From Nemertoderma westbladi (Eukaryota > Animalia > Xenacoelomorpha), in the NCBI GenBank assembly GCA_032718475.1, contig JAUCBJ010007536.1, positions 1-45,279 on the forward strand: a stretch of 45,279 nt of DNA, in the 5' to 3' direction. The stretch's first letter is position 1. Each line of letters starts with the position of its first letter. This document shows positions 10,601 through 20,700 of this stretch, piece after piece. Made by a program: the position numbers and the translations under genes. The notes beneath the pieces are model-generated. The model was not told the DNA's origin, did not search any database, and saw only the letters and a program-made list of their open reading frames with translations.

Positions 10601-13524
10601 ACGCCAGTACACATGTCATCTACTACTTTATCGTCTAATTTTTTAATTGCTGATATGTCTGCCTTTGATGCATTGGGAATCTCTATATTAAGGTGATGTT
10701 CTAGAATTGAACTGAGTATATTAGGGGAAGGTTTTAATCCAAATAGTGCTCTAGTGTGTCTGTAAGCCTGAATATTTAAATTATTTGGGTCTACGTTATC
10801 ACAATCGTTAACCCATAAGAAACGCAATACATTCCTATCGTGTGCCTCTATCTGACATTGCAAGAACGCATGTTTGATATCGGCTGTGACACCTATGGGA
10901 TACATTCGCCATTTGATTACTACATGTGTTAATTTCGGCATTAAGTTTGGGCCAGCCTCTAGGCAGTCATTCAATGAGTAATCCGACTTTGTGGGACGAT
11001 ATGAGGCGTTAAACACTACTCTCAACTTAGTACTAACGCGTTCCTCCTTTAAAACACCGCTGTGAGGAATATAGTGAACGGCGCCACCTTGTGGTGTTTT
11101 ATGAAATTCCACCTTTTCTATATAACCTCTAGTAAGATGGTCTTGTATTACTTCGTTATATCTACTAAGTATGTTTAATTTTTTAAGACGTGGAATTAAT
11201 CGTTTTAAGTGACTTACACATTGTGGAAAATTGTCCTTAAGATTGTTAGGAGAGAGTTTCCATGGCAATGAGACAGTATACAAACCATCTTTCATGATTA
11301 TGTTTCCTAAAACCGGTGGTTTATTATCATGAATTTCGGCATTCGGTATTCCTATACTTTCTAAGGACCAAAATGTTTGAACTAGGTTCAGTAATTCTTT
11401 ATATTCTTGTTCTTGGGTGTCTACACAGTCAGTGAGAGTTGTAATAGTGGGAGTTGTATCGCCTATAGATACATTATTGCTCAACACCTCGCTATGAATG
11501 GATTCTGTTACTGATACATTTGCTCTGCCTGAAAGTAAGTAACCAAAACTACTTTGTAAGGCTACTAAGTCAGTTTCAGCAGACCTAATTACAGTACCAT
11601 GCACAAAGTTCCAGTAGTAATCACTACCAATGAGTAAGTCAACAGTAAAACCATTATTTGAGTGTACCGGTAAGTTATGAGCTAAATCCGATGTTTGTAA
11701 ATTTAGAATGGTTGCCCAATTTTTATTAGGTATATTTGTGTGAAGTGGTTCACAAATCTCTTCGACAACAACTGCTGTAATTTGACTTAGATCTCCGTTG
11801 CGATGGAGTAAATTTAATTGAACAACATCAAGCAACTCTGGCTCCGTTTTAGATTGTTTGTCCCTGAAACGCTTAATCAACATCAATTCCTGACCTATTA
11901 TTTGTAATTGATTGTATGTTGAAAAATGTTGTGTTACAAATGTACGTGTACTTCCTCCATCAAATAATGAGTTTGTATTCGCGGCTTTATTATTGCCCAG
12001 TTTACACCTTATAACAGCTGTTTGAAGTAGAATAGGCTCGGATAGTTTGCTATGTACTTCTTGAGAAGTAGTAAACAAAATGTTGCTAGTGCTTGTTGCT
12101 ATGTTATCGCTTTGAGTAATGGGTGCATTACTTTCATGAAATGCTACATTAACTTGAGATACTGATTTCGGTGTTGTGCAAATTGCAGTGTGGTGGCCAA
12201 ACTTTTTACATGTGAAACAAGGTTTACTGCGCGAGCAGTTTTGTGAAATATGGTCTTTGCCCAAACAGATAAAGCACCTTCTTAGTGCAATAAGCTGTTT
12301 TTTTCGCTCTGCCACGTCTGGTACCATATGATATGATGAGGAATAATGTGATTCTTGACAGAATATACACTTTGGGGTGTGCGATAATGTCAACGGTGTT
12401 TGTGGCCTTGTCTTTGTAATGCTGTAATGATGTGATGTAGGTTTACTAGTGTTTACAAATGTTGCTGCTGATGGTGTAATATTGAGTTTTGGTTTATTGT
12501 TTGCTAATGTAGGTGTGCGGTTTTGTTCGTGAAGTTCTTGTATAATTTCCTCAGTGTCCAATTGTCCTTTTATTGCAGTCATGAGAACCGATAGGTCGTC
12601 TATTTCATTGTTGTGGTCGCGCAATAGTCGTTCAGTGAGTTGGCGAGGCAGTGACCGTAGTATATCTGGTATAACAATGCGTTGGTATTCCTCAGTACCT
12701 ACACCTAGTGTTTTTAAAGCTCGAATGTTCTGCATACAAATGTTATATATTTGTCTAAGTGATGATGATGACCCTAATCGAGAAGTAATTGACCGCAGTT
12801 CTTCAATATGACTTCTAATAATTTTATTTTTATTTCCGAATTGTTGTTTCAAAATATCAAGAGCTATTTCGTAATTTTCACCAGCTACAGGAAGGCCTGC
12901 CACAATTTCTTTTGCTGCACCTGTCAAACTTTGGACCAAGTACTGAAATTTTAGCACATCCGGTAGGCCAGATTCATGCACAGCTGATAGGAAGGCATCG
13001 TGCCATCCGAAATATTTCAAAGGATTGCCGTCAAAGGAAGGTGGATGTAATTTTCCCAAAACAGAACGAGCAAAATGACTACTTGACTCATAAGGAACAT
13101 TGTGAGATGTATTTGATCCGGCAAAAGTAGAAAATGGACTTACTGGGTGACGAGAGGTAGCCCCTACTTGTACATTATGTCCTACATTACTGCCTACTAT
13201 ACCTACAGTAGGAGTAAGAGAAAGTTTCAGTTCAGAAATGGCGTTACACAGTCTAACCTCGTATTCTGCGCATGGAGCTGTATCATCTTCTACATGATAT
13301 TCGTTTGAGAGACCCCATATTTGTTCATTGAGTTCATCCAACCGTGAGTTGAACTTTTCTAACGACTTGATGCGACTATTCTTCGTTGTATCGTCGAGAC
13401 TGCCAATATCACCGATTGAATTGAGGACACGTGTTGCAGCAGCTCGTACTCCTCTTCGTGATCCTACATGTTGCTTTAATTCCTGTGATAGCTGGTCTTC
13501 ACCAGCAGCGTTGTTTATTGACAT
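7699..13524 (-). CDS. BEL/Pao gag-pol polyprotein (gag, Zn knuckles, protease, RT, RNase H, integrase), 1941 aa
   Basis: Gag PSFDGNPLKYFGW; knuckles CFICLGKDHISQNC and CFTCKKFGHHTAIC; protease LFDGGSTRTFV; RT ADIKHAFLQ...VVDD; RNase H LHGFSDAS, WTDA, NPADIPTRG; integrase HHCC, GIDFCGP, SDNASTF; C-terminal FWQFWRDHYLKEL. Order PR-RT-RH-IN with BEL signatures. Confidence 0.97.
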   Translation of the reverse strand: MSINNAAGEDQLSQELKQHVGSRRGVRAAATRVLNSIGDIGSLDDTTKNSRIKSLEKFNSRLDELNEQIWGLSNEYHVEDDTAPCAEYEVRLCNAISELKLSLTPTVGIVGSNVGHNVQVGATSRHPVSPFSTFAGSNTSHNVPYESSSHFARSVLGKLHPPSFDGNPLKYFGWHDAFLSAVHESGLPDVLKFQYLVQSLTGAAKEIVAGLPVAGENYEIALDILKQQFGNKNKIIRSHIEELRSITSRLGSSSSLRQIYNICMQNIRALKTLGVGTEEYQRIVIPDILRSLPRQLTERLLRDHNNEIDDLSVLMTAIKGQLDTEEIIQELHEQNRTPTLANNKPKLNITPSAATFVNTSKPTSHHYSITKTRPQTPLTLSHTPKCIFCQESHYSSSYHMVPDVAERKKQLIALRRCFICLGKDHISQNCSRSKPCFTCKKFGHHTAICTTPKSVSQVNVAFHESNAPITQSDNIATSTSNILFTTSQEVHSKLSEPILLQTAVIRCKLGNNKAANTNSLFDGGSTRTFVTQHFSTYNQLQIIGQELMLIKRFRDKQSKTEPELLDVVQLNLLHRNGDLSQITAVVVEEICEPLHTNIPNKNWATILNLQTSDLAHNLPVHSNNGFTVDLLIGSDYYWNFVHGTVIRSAETDLVALQSSFGYLLSGRANVSVTESIHSEVLSNNVSIGDTTPTITTLTDCVDTQEQEYKELLNLVQTFWSLESIGIPNAEIHDNKPPVLGNIIMKDGLYTVSLPWKLSPNNLKDNFPQCVSHLKRLIPRLKKLNILSRYNEVIQDHLTRGYIEKVEFHKTPQGGAVHYIPHSGVLKEERVSTKLRVVFNASYRPTKSDYSLNDCLEAGPNLMPKLTHVVIKWRMYPIGVTADIKHAFLQCQIEAHDRNVLRFLWVNDCDNVDPNNLNIQAYRHTRALFGLKPSPNILSSILEHHLNIEIPNASKADISAIKKLDDKVVDDMCTGVYSIKEGLELQKSCTSILERGHFNMRRWTTNHTALQKMFNEFEQQTLTSKEEYGASTQVKQADNSNTQTYLQETLSLPETNSGNTARVLGHIWHLDTDTIAFNISSVYSYVSQLIPSKQALLQLVARVFDPLFILAPVTAPWKSIFPSACQKGLQWKEPLPDDLLTLWHRCLDNLRTLDQVSIPRYYFDTHKQVHQVELHGFSDASDRLYAAVIYIRAIYTDNSYSVSLVTSRTKVTPQSKASNKPPSTPKLELLGTYILSYLAYDVMSELQLQDSTVYLWTDAHDVLYWLHGNKQYKQFVQNIVQSINVLTEKMNARWRYCPGHDNPADIPTRGISTKKLINSELWFHGPKFLLSGGEESWPECPITTEISNECLKEVKHAPLIITQTTTVISQQNCSISNVIDYTKYSSKLQPLRILGWVLRFIANVKAKIGKGTSNALILDNTVTTKEIQTSEMLLIKHIQSQHYMPIIQYLTQGKGKCPKLVNQLNLFIDSGGIIRSKGRAKTPLLSWYSQNPILLPANDHYTVLIIRTAHEQVMHGRVRATLAQLRENYWLPRGRQVIKRVLRNCISCKVIQGKPYKSPDISPLPIERLTEESSPFTNVGIDFCGPLNVTRTLSDPQGSITKVYVALMTCAVTRAIHLELVPSLHVTSFISALQRFISRRGIPSLILSDNASTFKKTSQELVLYNKVLNSEAVKHAFGNLSIEWKFNVERYPSAYGFIEGLVVSVKSNLRKVMGRAVLTDEEFATLLVTCEGVVNSRPLTYIHTDDTECFDVLTPSHFLVGKRLCALPHPFVKSQNLEITAKTLKNRKKYQEIAANCFWQFWRDHYLKELRESHRTNNRSELNLIKPAIGDICLLCDKKLPRCLWKICRVDKLFESRDGEIRSVRIKIAKRGKEATYLTRSIKHLIPLEVPPNPTGLENITISMDKIKPRTDSSVKQKIESTLQSKHPRNAKQNKILGFYKT

Positions 13525-13699
13525 GGTAACTTGATGACTGTGAATTTTAGTGGTGATGGAACATCACGTTGTTCCCAATGAATATAGTGACTGAGTTTAG
13601 TTGATTATAGTACCCATAAAGTTTGTACTTACAACGCAACGTAGTAAGCAAATGAATTCACAAAAAAGTCACAGTAAATTGAAGTTAAAGTATTATTTA

Positions 13700-13709
13700 T
13701 CGGGCGCCA
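13700..13709 (-). promoter_or_regulatory. Primer-binding site, tRNA-Lys(UUU)-like
   Basis: TGGCGCCCGA directly follows the 5' LTR on the minus strand and matches the first 10 nt of the standard tRNA-Lys3 PBS. Confidence 0.75.
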
Positions 13710-13979
13710 TATTGGATAACGCGAAAGCGATATCCATAAATGAAAACATTTATTGATGTAAAATCAACAAGGTACAATATATTGATGTAATAATAGGTAA
13801 AGATATGTTACTCACAATAAGTACAACAGATATAGGAGTGCGGAATGTATAATGTGTAAATCAGCTGTTAGTACATAGTGTAGATTAGTGAACTGTACTA
13901 ACCAAACACATTAATTGGCAATATAAGTACTAAAGATATAATTGGCAATATAAGGTCTAATATCATATTATTCTCTACA
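13710..13979 (-). repeat. 5' LTR (270 bp)
   Basis: Direct repeat of 7038-7306, bounded by the PBS and the TSD. Confidence 0.95.
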
Positions 13980-14877
13980 CCTAACCACCCTCGGAAAGAA
14001 GGAAACAAAATACACGATTGAAACAAAGATTGGACCAGTCTCGAAGAAATGGAACCAGAAGCAGATGTGGGACAACATCTGTACTTTATCGACGTTCGTG
14101 AAACAACTGGAACAAGGCCAGAAGGATGCCCGCTCGATTGCTTCACCTTGTATTTTCTTCCGATACTTCCAATTCGCGTTAGAGGAACTATGCAAGCTTG
14201 TGCTTGAGAAGATGGAAAGAAGCGCTTTAAAAGCTGGGACCGTAGACAATGTCAGTAAGATAAAGGCCATGTGCAGCTTAACCGTTGAGGATTTAAAGTT
14301 CATGGTGACTGGTGATAATACAAAGTGGAACGAGTATATTTCTGTTCTGGCCCTTTGCGTAATTCTAAATACGCTGTTCAAAAAGACGGACCCAAACTTA
14401 CTCAAGGTTATAAAGACCATGACTCTTACCTTAGAAAACTTATTCGAAAACAAAAGTTTAAAGCTGGGAGAGGGAATAGCAGTTAAGTTTCCGAACGGGA
14501 AACTCTTAAACTTACCACTCTGCGTCCAGGCCCTACTAAGCTGCCCAGACATGAAAGAGGAATATCAAGACATCATTGTGGATGTGGACGTTGAGCATAA
14601 CAGAGTCCGGCTCAAGCCAGGCATGGTAATCGGTATGCTAAATACTGGTTCGACACTAATAACGATGATCTGCAATTTCACCGAGATATTGCGCAAGATT
14701 CAAAGTAGTGACGACTATGTCGGACTAATATGGTCCTCTGTCAAAGAAAGCAGGTTAAAGAACGTCCCAGAAGAGGGCGTTGGAGCTCCTGAAGGCGCAG
14801 ACATAGGGGATGTTGTGCCCCTTGCGGAAATCGGTGTTGATGAGAACTATAATCTAATACAGTGTGCAGTTAAATGA
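13980..14877 (+). pseudogene. PB1: Endogenous orthomyxovirus-like PB1 RdRp core fragment, copy B
   Basis: Same protein as 3947-4759 (motifs F, A, B, C). The reading frame is open back to the TSD (TTLGKKETKYTIETKIGPVSKKWNQKQMWD...). Confidence 0.95.
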
Positions 14878-15208
14878 ATTGCCAAAATGCATGAATGCCA
14901 AAAACAATGCTCTTATTTTCTCTCACAAAGATCCTGTCCATATTTCTTAAAATTTACATGTAGTATAGAATCCTGTAATGAGTGGTTCATTGATAATAAG
15001 TCACGTCCAGTAATGGTCATAAGATAGAAAATGAAAAGGAAGTTAAATATTTAGGTGCTGCTTTGGCTAACTGAGTATCCAGAGAAAGCATGGTGAAAAA
15101 TATTTTCTAGAAAGTTAACAGTAGACTTAAGTTTATATAGTTTATTTTATTTTTATTTTATTAATTTTTATATTTTCACTGACTCTAGCAAGTTGCGAAA
15201 GTCGGTGT

Positions 15209-16138
15209 TTAACCCAGTTAAGCCCAATGACTACATTTGTAGAAACATCATTTAATGCAATGCAACATGAGTTTTCCATAATGTAGGGACTTTTTAACGT
15301 CATTGTGTTTCTTTGGACATGTTGGAGAAGGATTCTTAATCCAAAAATTTTATTTTTTTATTTTATCATTTATTAATTTTTTTTGTTCGAAATTTTTGTT
15401 TTTTGCCAAAATTTAGGCCCTTCTATAATGAAAAATTGTTCAAATATAAAATAGCAAAAAATATTTGTTTTGGCATAAATCATAATGATAAATATATATT
15501 TTATCATTATTTGATTTAAAGAAATATAGCAATTGGTTATTTTTCCTATTTGAAATAATGCACTTTTTGCCAATGACCATATTTGTAGTCATTGGGCAGT
15601 ATATGGGATATGGCATTTATGGAATTTATGAAATTATGTGTAATTTGCCAATCCCAAACTTTGATTCCATCATACGATCTATGAAAATTAACCCCCCCCC
15701 CACACCTAGTTTATATATTAAAACACTAGCACACTCCCATTTGTGCTGTAAAAATTGAGTCTGTTACAGGTACAGTACAAAAGTTACCGGTATAGGTTAC
15801 TGTACATAATGTTGAACTGTAAAGTTTCAGAATACTAAGTACTGAATACAGCTACGAGTCTTGCAAAATTGACTGTTTTCTCGATTTTTATAAACAGAAC
15901 ATGAATACATCACGCTTTTATGGGAGTGGGAAACGTATTGGTTTCATAAAAATGGCCGCTGCCATTGAGGAGGCTGTGGATCCGAGTCCTATGGAGTTAG
16001 TAGATATTGTAATGATTGGGCCGCCTATTGGAGGTAATGAATGATGGTGATAATGAAAACATCGATGATGATGATCTTTTGGTTGCAGAGGGTTTACCTG
16101 TCGAAGTTGTAGCTGAACACGAAGTCCATACCAATGAT
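15209..16138 (+). mobile_element. piggyBac-like left end and decayed N-terminal transposase fragment, copy B
   Basis: Duplicate of 5091-6020: TTAA|CCC at 15209, inverted repeat 15222-15235/15584-15597. Same strand as the catalytic-core relic at ~22720-23020. Confidence 0.5.
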
Positions 16139-16899
16139 AACTATGATCAATAACAATGATTGTAAAATGATTTAATAAACTGCGACTTACCGACTTGAGC
16201 TTTTATTCCCAACAGCCGGAGTAGCCCCCCCCCCCCCCTGTTTTTTATTTACTCTATACCAGAATTTAATGAGGTTTTAACATCTGAAAACCGCTTAGCG
16301 ATACCTCATTCAGTTCTCGAGTTATCGCTGTTTTTCTGTATGATGGTCTGCCAGTCAAATTGTAGACAGACAGACAAACTAGATTCCACCAAACCTTAAA
16401 ACTGACATCGGAAATGAAATAACGAACTGGTTCTGTAGTTGAGACAGCCTGTCTGCCTACTTAGCTGTATACCATCGTTGACTGCCCGAATACTGAATAA
16501 CTGCTCGTCTCGGTACCGGTAACCAAGGCGACCGATAACCCCCTTGGGCCTACCTTATCGTCCCTACTACAGTCGGCATTGTTTATTTCTCGCCTTCGAC
16601 GGAGTCGAGTTCCCCTTTCTCTGGGCTGAGATCACCTGTTCCAAGCGTCCCCGCGAGTTAGTTGTCGTCCTCGTGGTTTGGGCCGTTCTCCCATCGTGTG
16701 GTTTTCTGCTAGCAATTTCATCCCGAACCGAGTTCAGGTGCGCAGACAACTTACTGGACCGGGAGCCGTATTCCCCCACGTCCACACCTACCAGGGAAAG
16801 TTTCACATGCAAGCTTTTTCTTCTTTGAACCTTTTTCTAAACTACGCAGGTGAGGAATATTTGTTCTGTTCACTTAGCTGTCTCACTCACCTCACTGAT

Positions 16900-17071
16900 T
16901 TAATTACCCGTTCATATAACTGTTTCATCCCATCTCATTGTGTTAATTACCTGTTCATATAGCTGTTTCATCAAATCTCATTGTGTTAATTACCTGTTCA
17001 TATAACTGTTTCATCCCATCTCATTGTGTTAATTACCTGTTCATATAACTGTTTCATCCCATCTCATCGTT
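16900..17071. repeat. 43-bp minisatellite x4 in the CRE 5' region
   Basis: TTAATTACCTGTTCATATAACTGTTTCATCCCATCTCATTGTG units start at 16900, 16943, 16986 and 17029. Confidence 0.95.
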
Positions 17072-17740
17072 TAAATTATCGCCCACCATTACGTTTATAT
17101 GGTTTTTTACTTTTATTTATAGCTCATCATTTAATAATAATAATATTATATTATTTTATTATATTATCTACATTTAATAATACGGATTATCACTTCTGTT
17201 CATCTCATAACTTATCAATCATTGGTCGGAGCCGTCATTAGGCCCTATTTCTCATTAGCAATAGAGCCCCACATTACATTTTTGTTATTAATTCATGTGT
17301 TTTCTGTGTTGGATTCTATTCCGCTTTAAGTTCCACTTATTCACTCATATCTGTTTCATTTATGCTTTCATTCATGTCCCTTATTTCTCTTTTCACTTAC
17401 AACCTTTAGACTGCAACCATTTACCCCTTTATTGCACCCTTTATTGGTTTAATTATCCACGATTTATGAACCTACCTTTACTGTACTCTGTGCTGTTTTC
17501 AGTTTTTGCCATAGTTTATTGTTACTTTTAATTAAGTCAATTGAGTCCATAGTTTGCCTGTCAGTTACTGTTCAGTTACTTTCTGTAACTGAGATCTGTT
17601 CTGCCCGTGGTCCTTTCCAATCCCTGCATACTTTTTACCCTAATCATTCCCTCTGCATAAACCCCCCCCCCCCCCAAGCTACTTACTAGCTGCCACCCAA
17701 ACCACCTTACAAACCTCAGAACTCACATCCTTCTCACGGG

Positions 17741-20700
17741 ATGGCCAAACCCCCTTTTCCCTTAATCGAAACCATTGACCTGACCGACTCGCTCCTTCTC
17801 AATTACCCACCTCCTCCATCTGATATCCACTGGGACCTTGCTGGTATACCACTGTCCAAGCGCGATTTAGCCTCCCTCTCCGGCGAATCAGTTGCCCCAA
17901 GAAGTGGGTGGCTTACTGACAATATTCTGGAGGCCATCATCCACCACTTCGCCGGACAATCTACCATCGGTCCGATCAAAGTGTTTAACTCCCAGTTCAT
18001 TGACTACCTACTCTCACCTGCACACGGCTACAACCTTGTTAGGAGATGGACCACTAAGGTTGACATATACAGCTTCACTTATGATCCTATTCCCTATTAA
18101 CCGAGGTGGTACCCCATTGGTCCTTGGGCGTATATCAACCCCCCAAGAGACTGATCCCCTTTCTGGACTCCTATGGGAGCAGGGGTGTCCGACAAGTGGA
18201 TGCCCTAAGTAGATGGGCATCCCTCGAGTCTGCCAGATGGGGAAATATTAGCCAGGACTGCCTCTCTGTTGTGTACCCCATATCCTCCCGTCTACAGCAC
18301 AACAGTTACAATTGTGGAGTTTATGTCGCCCACTTTGCCAAGGTTCTCCTTGAAGGAGGTTCACATTTTGCCACCAATGACATGGAGATGGATTCCTTCA
18401 GGGTTGATCTTCAGAAAACGGTAACTAGTAACATGTTACTCATCCCACCTAAGTCCCACCTAATCACCCCTACCTCTTCCCACCCGCCGTCACCCTCCAA
18501 CACTACTCCCATGGTCCAGGACTTCACCAACCAACATCCAGCCCACCCTGTGTCTGCCGTTGGCATCCCCACACACTCAGCACCCCCTCCATACAATGAC
18601 CCCCCGACACAAGACACCCCTCCCCCCAGCAATGCAGATCCATCCTTCATCCCCCTCTGTCACCCACAAACTGAAGCTGACATTCCAAGGACAACCACCC
18701 CTATCACTGCTCAGCCAGCTTCCACCAATCACCTGACCACACCACCCACATTCACTCACACCAGACATTCATCATCCCCCATCCCTCTGCACTCCAATTT
18801 AGTAACCAGTAGCGTACCCCAAACCCACTCACCCATCCTCGAGATAGATACCCTTAAGGTCAGTGATCTTAAGCTCCAGCTCAAATCTCGTGGCCTCCCC
18901 ACAACCGGCAAGAAGGAAGTGTTGAAGGCCCGTCTGCTGAATGCCACAGCTCCTTCACCTCCCATCAACACTCATCACCCAACATGTCCAGGTGTGTCAA
19001 GTTCACAACAACCTACCAGTGCTTCCCATGCACCCCACTTACACTCTCTGGGTGCCTCGTCCGCTTCTCTCCCTTCTATTGACTCTATCCTCCGGATGAA
19101 GATCCCAACCCTCCGTCATATACCCAAGGCTTGTCGTGATCTGTGGGCTGATGTGGTCAGTGGAGTGTTTGAATCCATCTGCTCGGATCCCCTTAACCCT
19201 ATCAACTGGGTACCCGCCTTCCTTCTATCCCCATGCATTCTGGCTAACCCCAAAAGGGCAGGGCGCTGCCATTGGAAAGACATAGAGAAGTTAGTCAAGT
19301 CCCGGCTACGAAAATGGCTTAACGGTGACATCCTTAGTCTCTGGGAAGAGTCATGCTCCAACTACTCCGCATCCAGGAAACCGAAACGGCTCAGCAAGCC
19401 AACCCCTGAGTCAATTCGTGAGTCCAACGCAAGGCGGGCCCGTCGTGCCATGGCAGATGGTCAATATAGTAAGGCGGCCCAAGCATTAACTTCCCAGGGC
19501 CTGGCTGAGCTCACGGAAGACACCTTTATAGAGATGCTCTCCAAGCATCCACAGCCCCAAGTGCCATCCCTACCATGTGGCCCTGTACCGCCCCCAGCCC
19601 TCATTCCAGCTGCAGCTATCTCCAAGGCCATCAAGTCGTTCCCCCCTGGCTCTTCCCCAGGACCATCCCAGCTACGACCTACCCACCTGAAGGAGGTTAT
19701 CTCTGCCCCATCCCCATCCAAGGCCAACCGTGCCCTCACGGCATTGACCAATGCCTCCAACCATATGGCTTCTGGCCAAGTCCCTCCCACCATCCTCCCC
19801 TACCTCTGTGGAGCATCTCTGTACCCTTGCGTGAAGAAGGGGGGTGGCCTACGCCCAATTGCCGTCGGTGAAACCTTAAGGAGGATGGTCTCCAAGTGTC
19901 TTTCTTCATCTGTTAGCTCAGCAGCTTCCACTCTTCTATGCCCCCTGCAGGTCGGTGTTGCCACCCCGAATGGCTGTGAAGCAGTTGTACGTGCCATCTC
20001 CTCCACTTTAGAGGATCCCACTATCCCTGCTGACAGCAAGTGGGTCCTTTTGGTAGACTTCAGTAATGCCTTCAACAACATTGACCGTTCCAACATGTTT
20101 GTGGAAGTTGGGGAACATATGCCATCAATCTCTGCTTGGATCGAAGCCTGCTACGGCGCCCAGGGTGTTCTGTGGGTGGGCGACCGCAAGATTCTCAGCT
20201 GCAGTGGTGTCCAACAGGGAGACCCATTGGGCCCACTGGCTTTCTCTCTGGCCGGTCACCCTGTGGCAGAGCGGATTCGTGATGAAATCCCAGGCCTCCT
20301 TATCCACGTATGGTACCTGGATGATGTTTCACTCTGCGGTTCCCCAGCAGACCTCCTCAAGGCCCTCAAGATACTTGAAGAAGCAGGCTACCCCAGAGGG
20401 CTCCACCTAAACCATTCAAAGTCCCAGTTCTTCATCCCTGAGTCATCTGCATCTGTGCCAAACCCCCTTCCCACCTCAATCCCTGTACTTTCCAAGGGTT
20501 TCATCCTACTGGGTTCCCCAATTGGTCCAGAATCCTTCTGCGAGGCCTCCTTGAGGGGCAGAGTTGAAAAGGTCAGGTCCATCATTGAACTGCTTCCAGA
20601 CTTGAAAGATTCTCAGATGGAGATGACTCTGCTTCGGTCGTGCTTGTCACTCCCCAAAGTTGTGTTTGCCCTTCGCTGCTGCCCACCTTACCTCATCCAA

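Larger units (their letters stand above)
7038..13979 (-). mobile_element. Full-length BEL/Pao LTR retrotransposon (6942 bp)
   Basis: LTRs at 7038-7306 and 13710-13979 (2 differences seen). TSD CCTAA at 7033-7037 and 13980-13984. PBS at 13700-13709, PPT at 7307-7320, and a single gag-pol ORF. Confidence 0.97.
1..16686. repeat. Near-identical ~10.1-kb tandem (segmental) duplication; copy A 1-6569 (cut by window edge) = copy B 10119-16686; one full unit = 6570-16686
   Basis: Position 1 matches 10119 (offset 10118, becoming 10117 after a poly-C of 15 vs 14). Identical ORFs at 2436/12554, 3947/14065 and 5255/15373. Identity stops after ...TTGGGCCGT at 6569/16686. Only the poly-C length and one T/C (6457 vs 16574) difference were noticed by eye. 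Confidence 0.97.

Noticed and set aside
7038-14877. BEL element having captured PB1 as cargo or as an env-like gene
   Set aside because: PB1 lies outside the LTRs and the TSD is inside the PB1 frame, so the element inserted into the EVE.
16900-17071. CRISPR-like 43-bp repeats
   Set aside because: The units are directly adjacent with no unique spacers, so this is a minisatellite.
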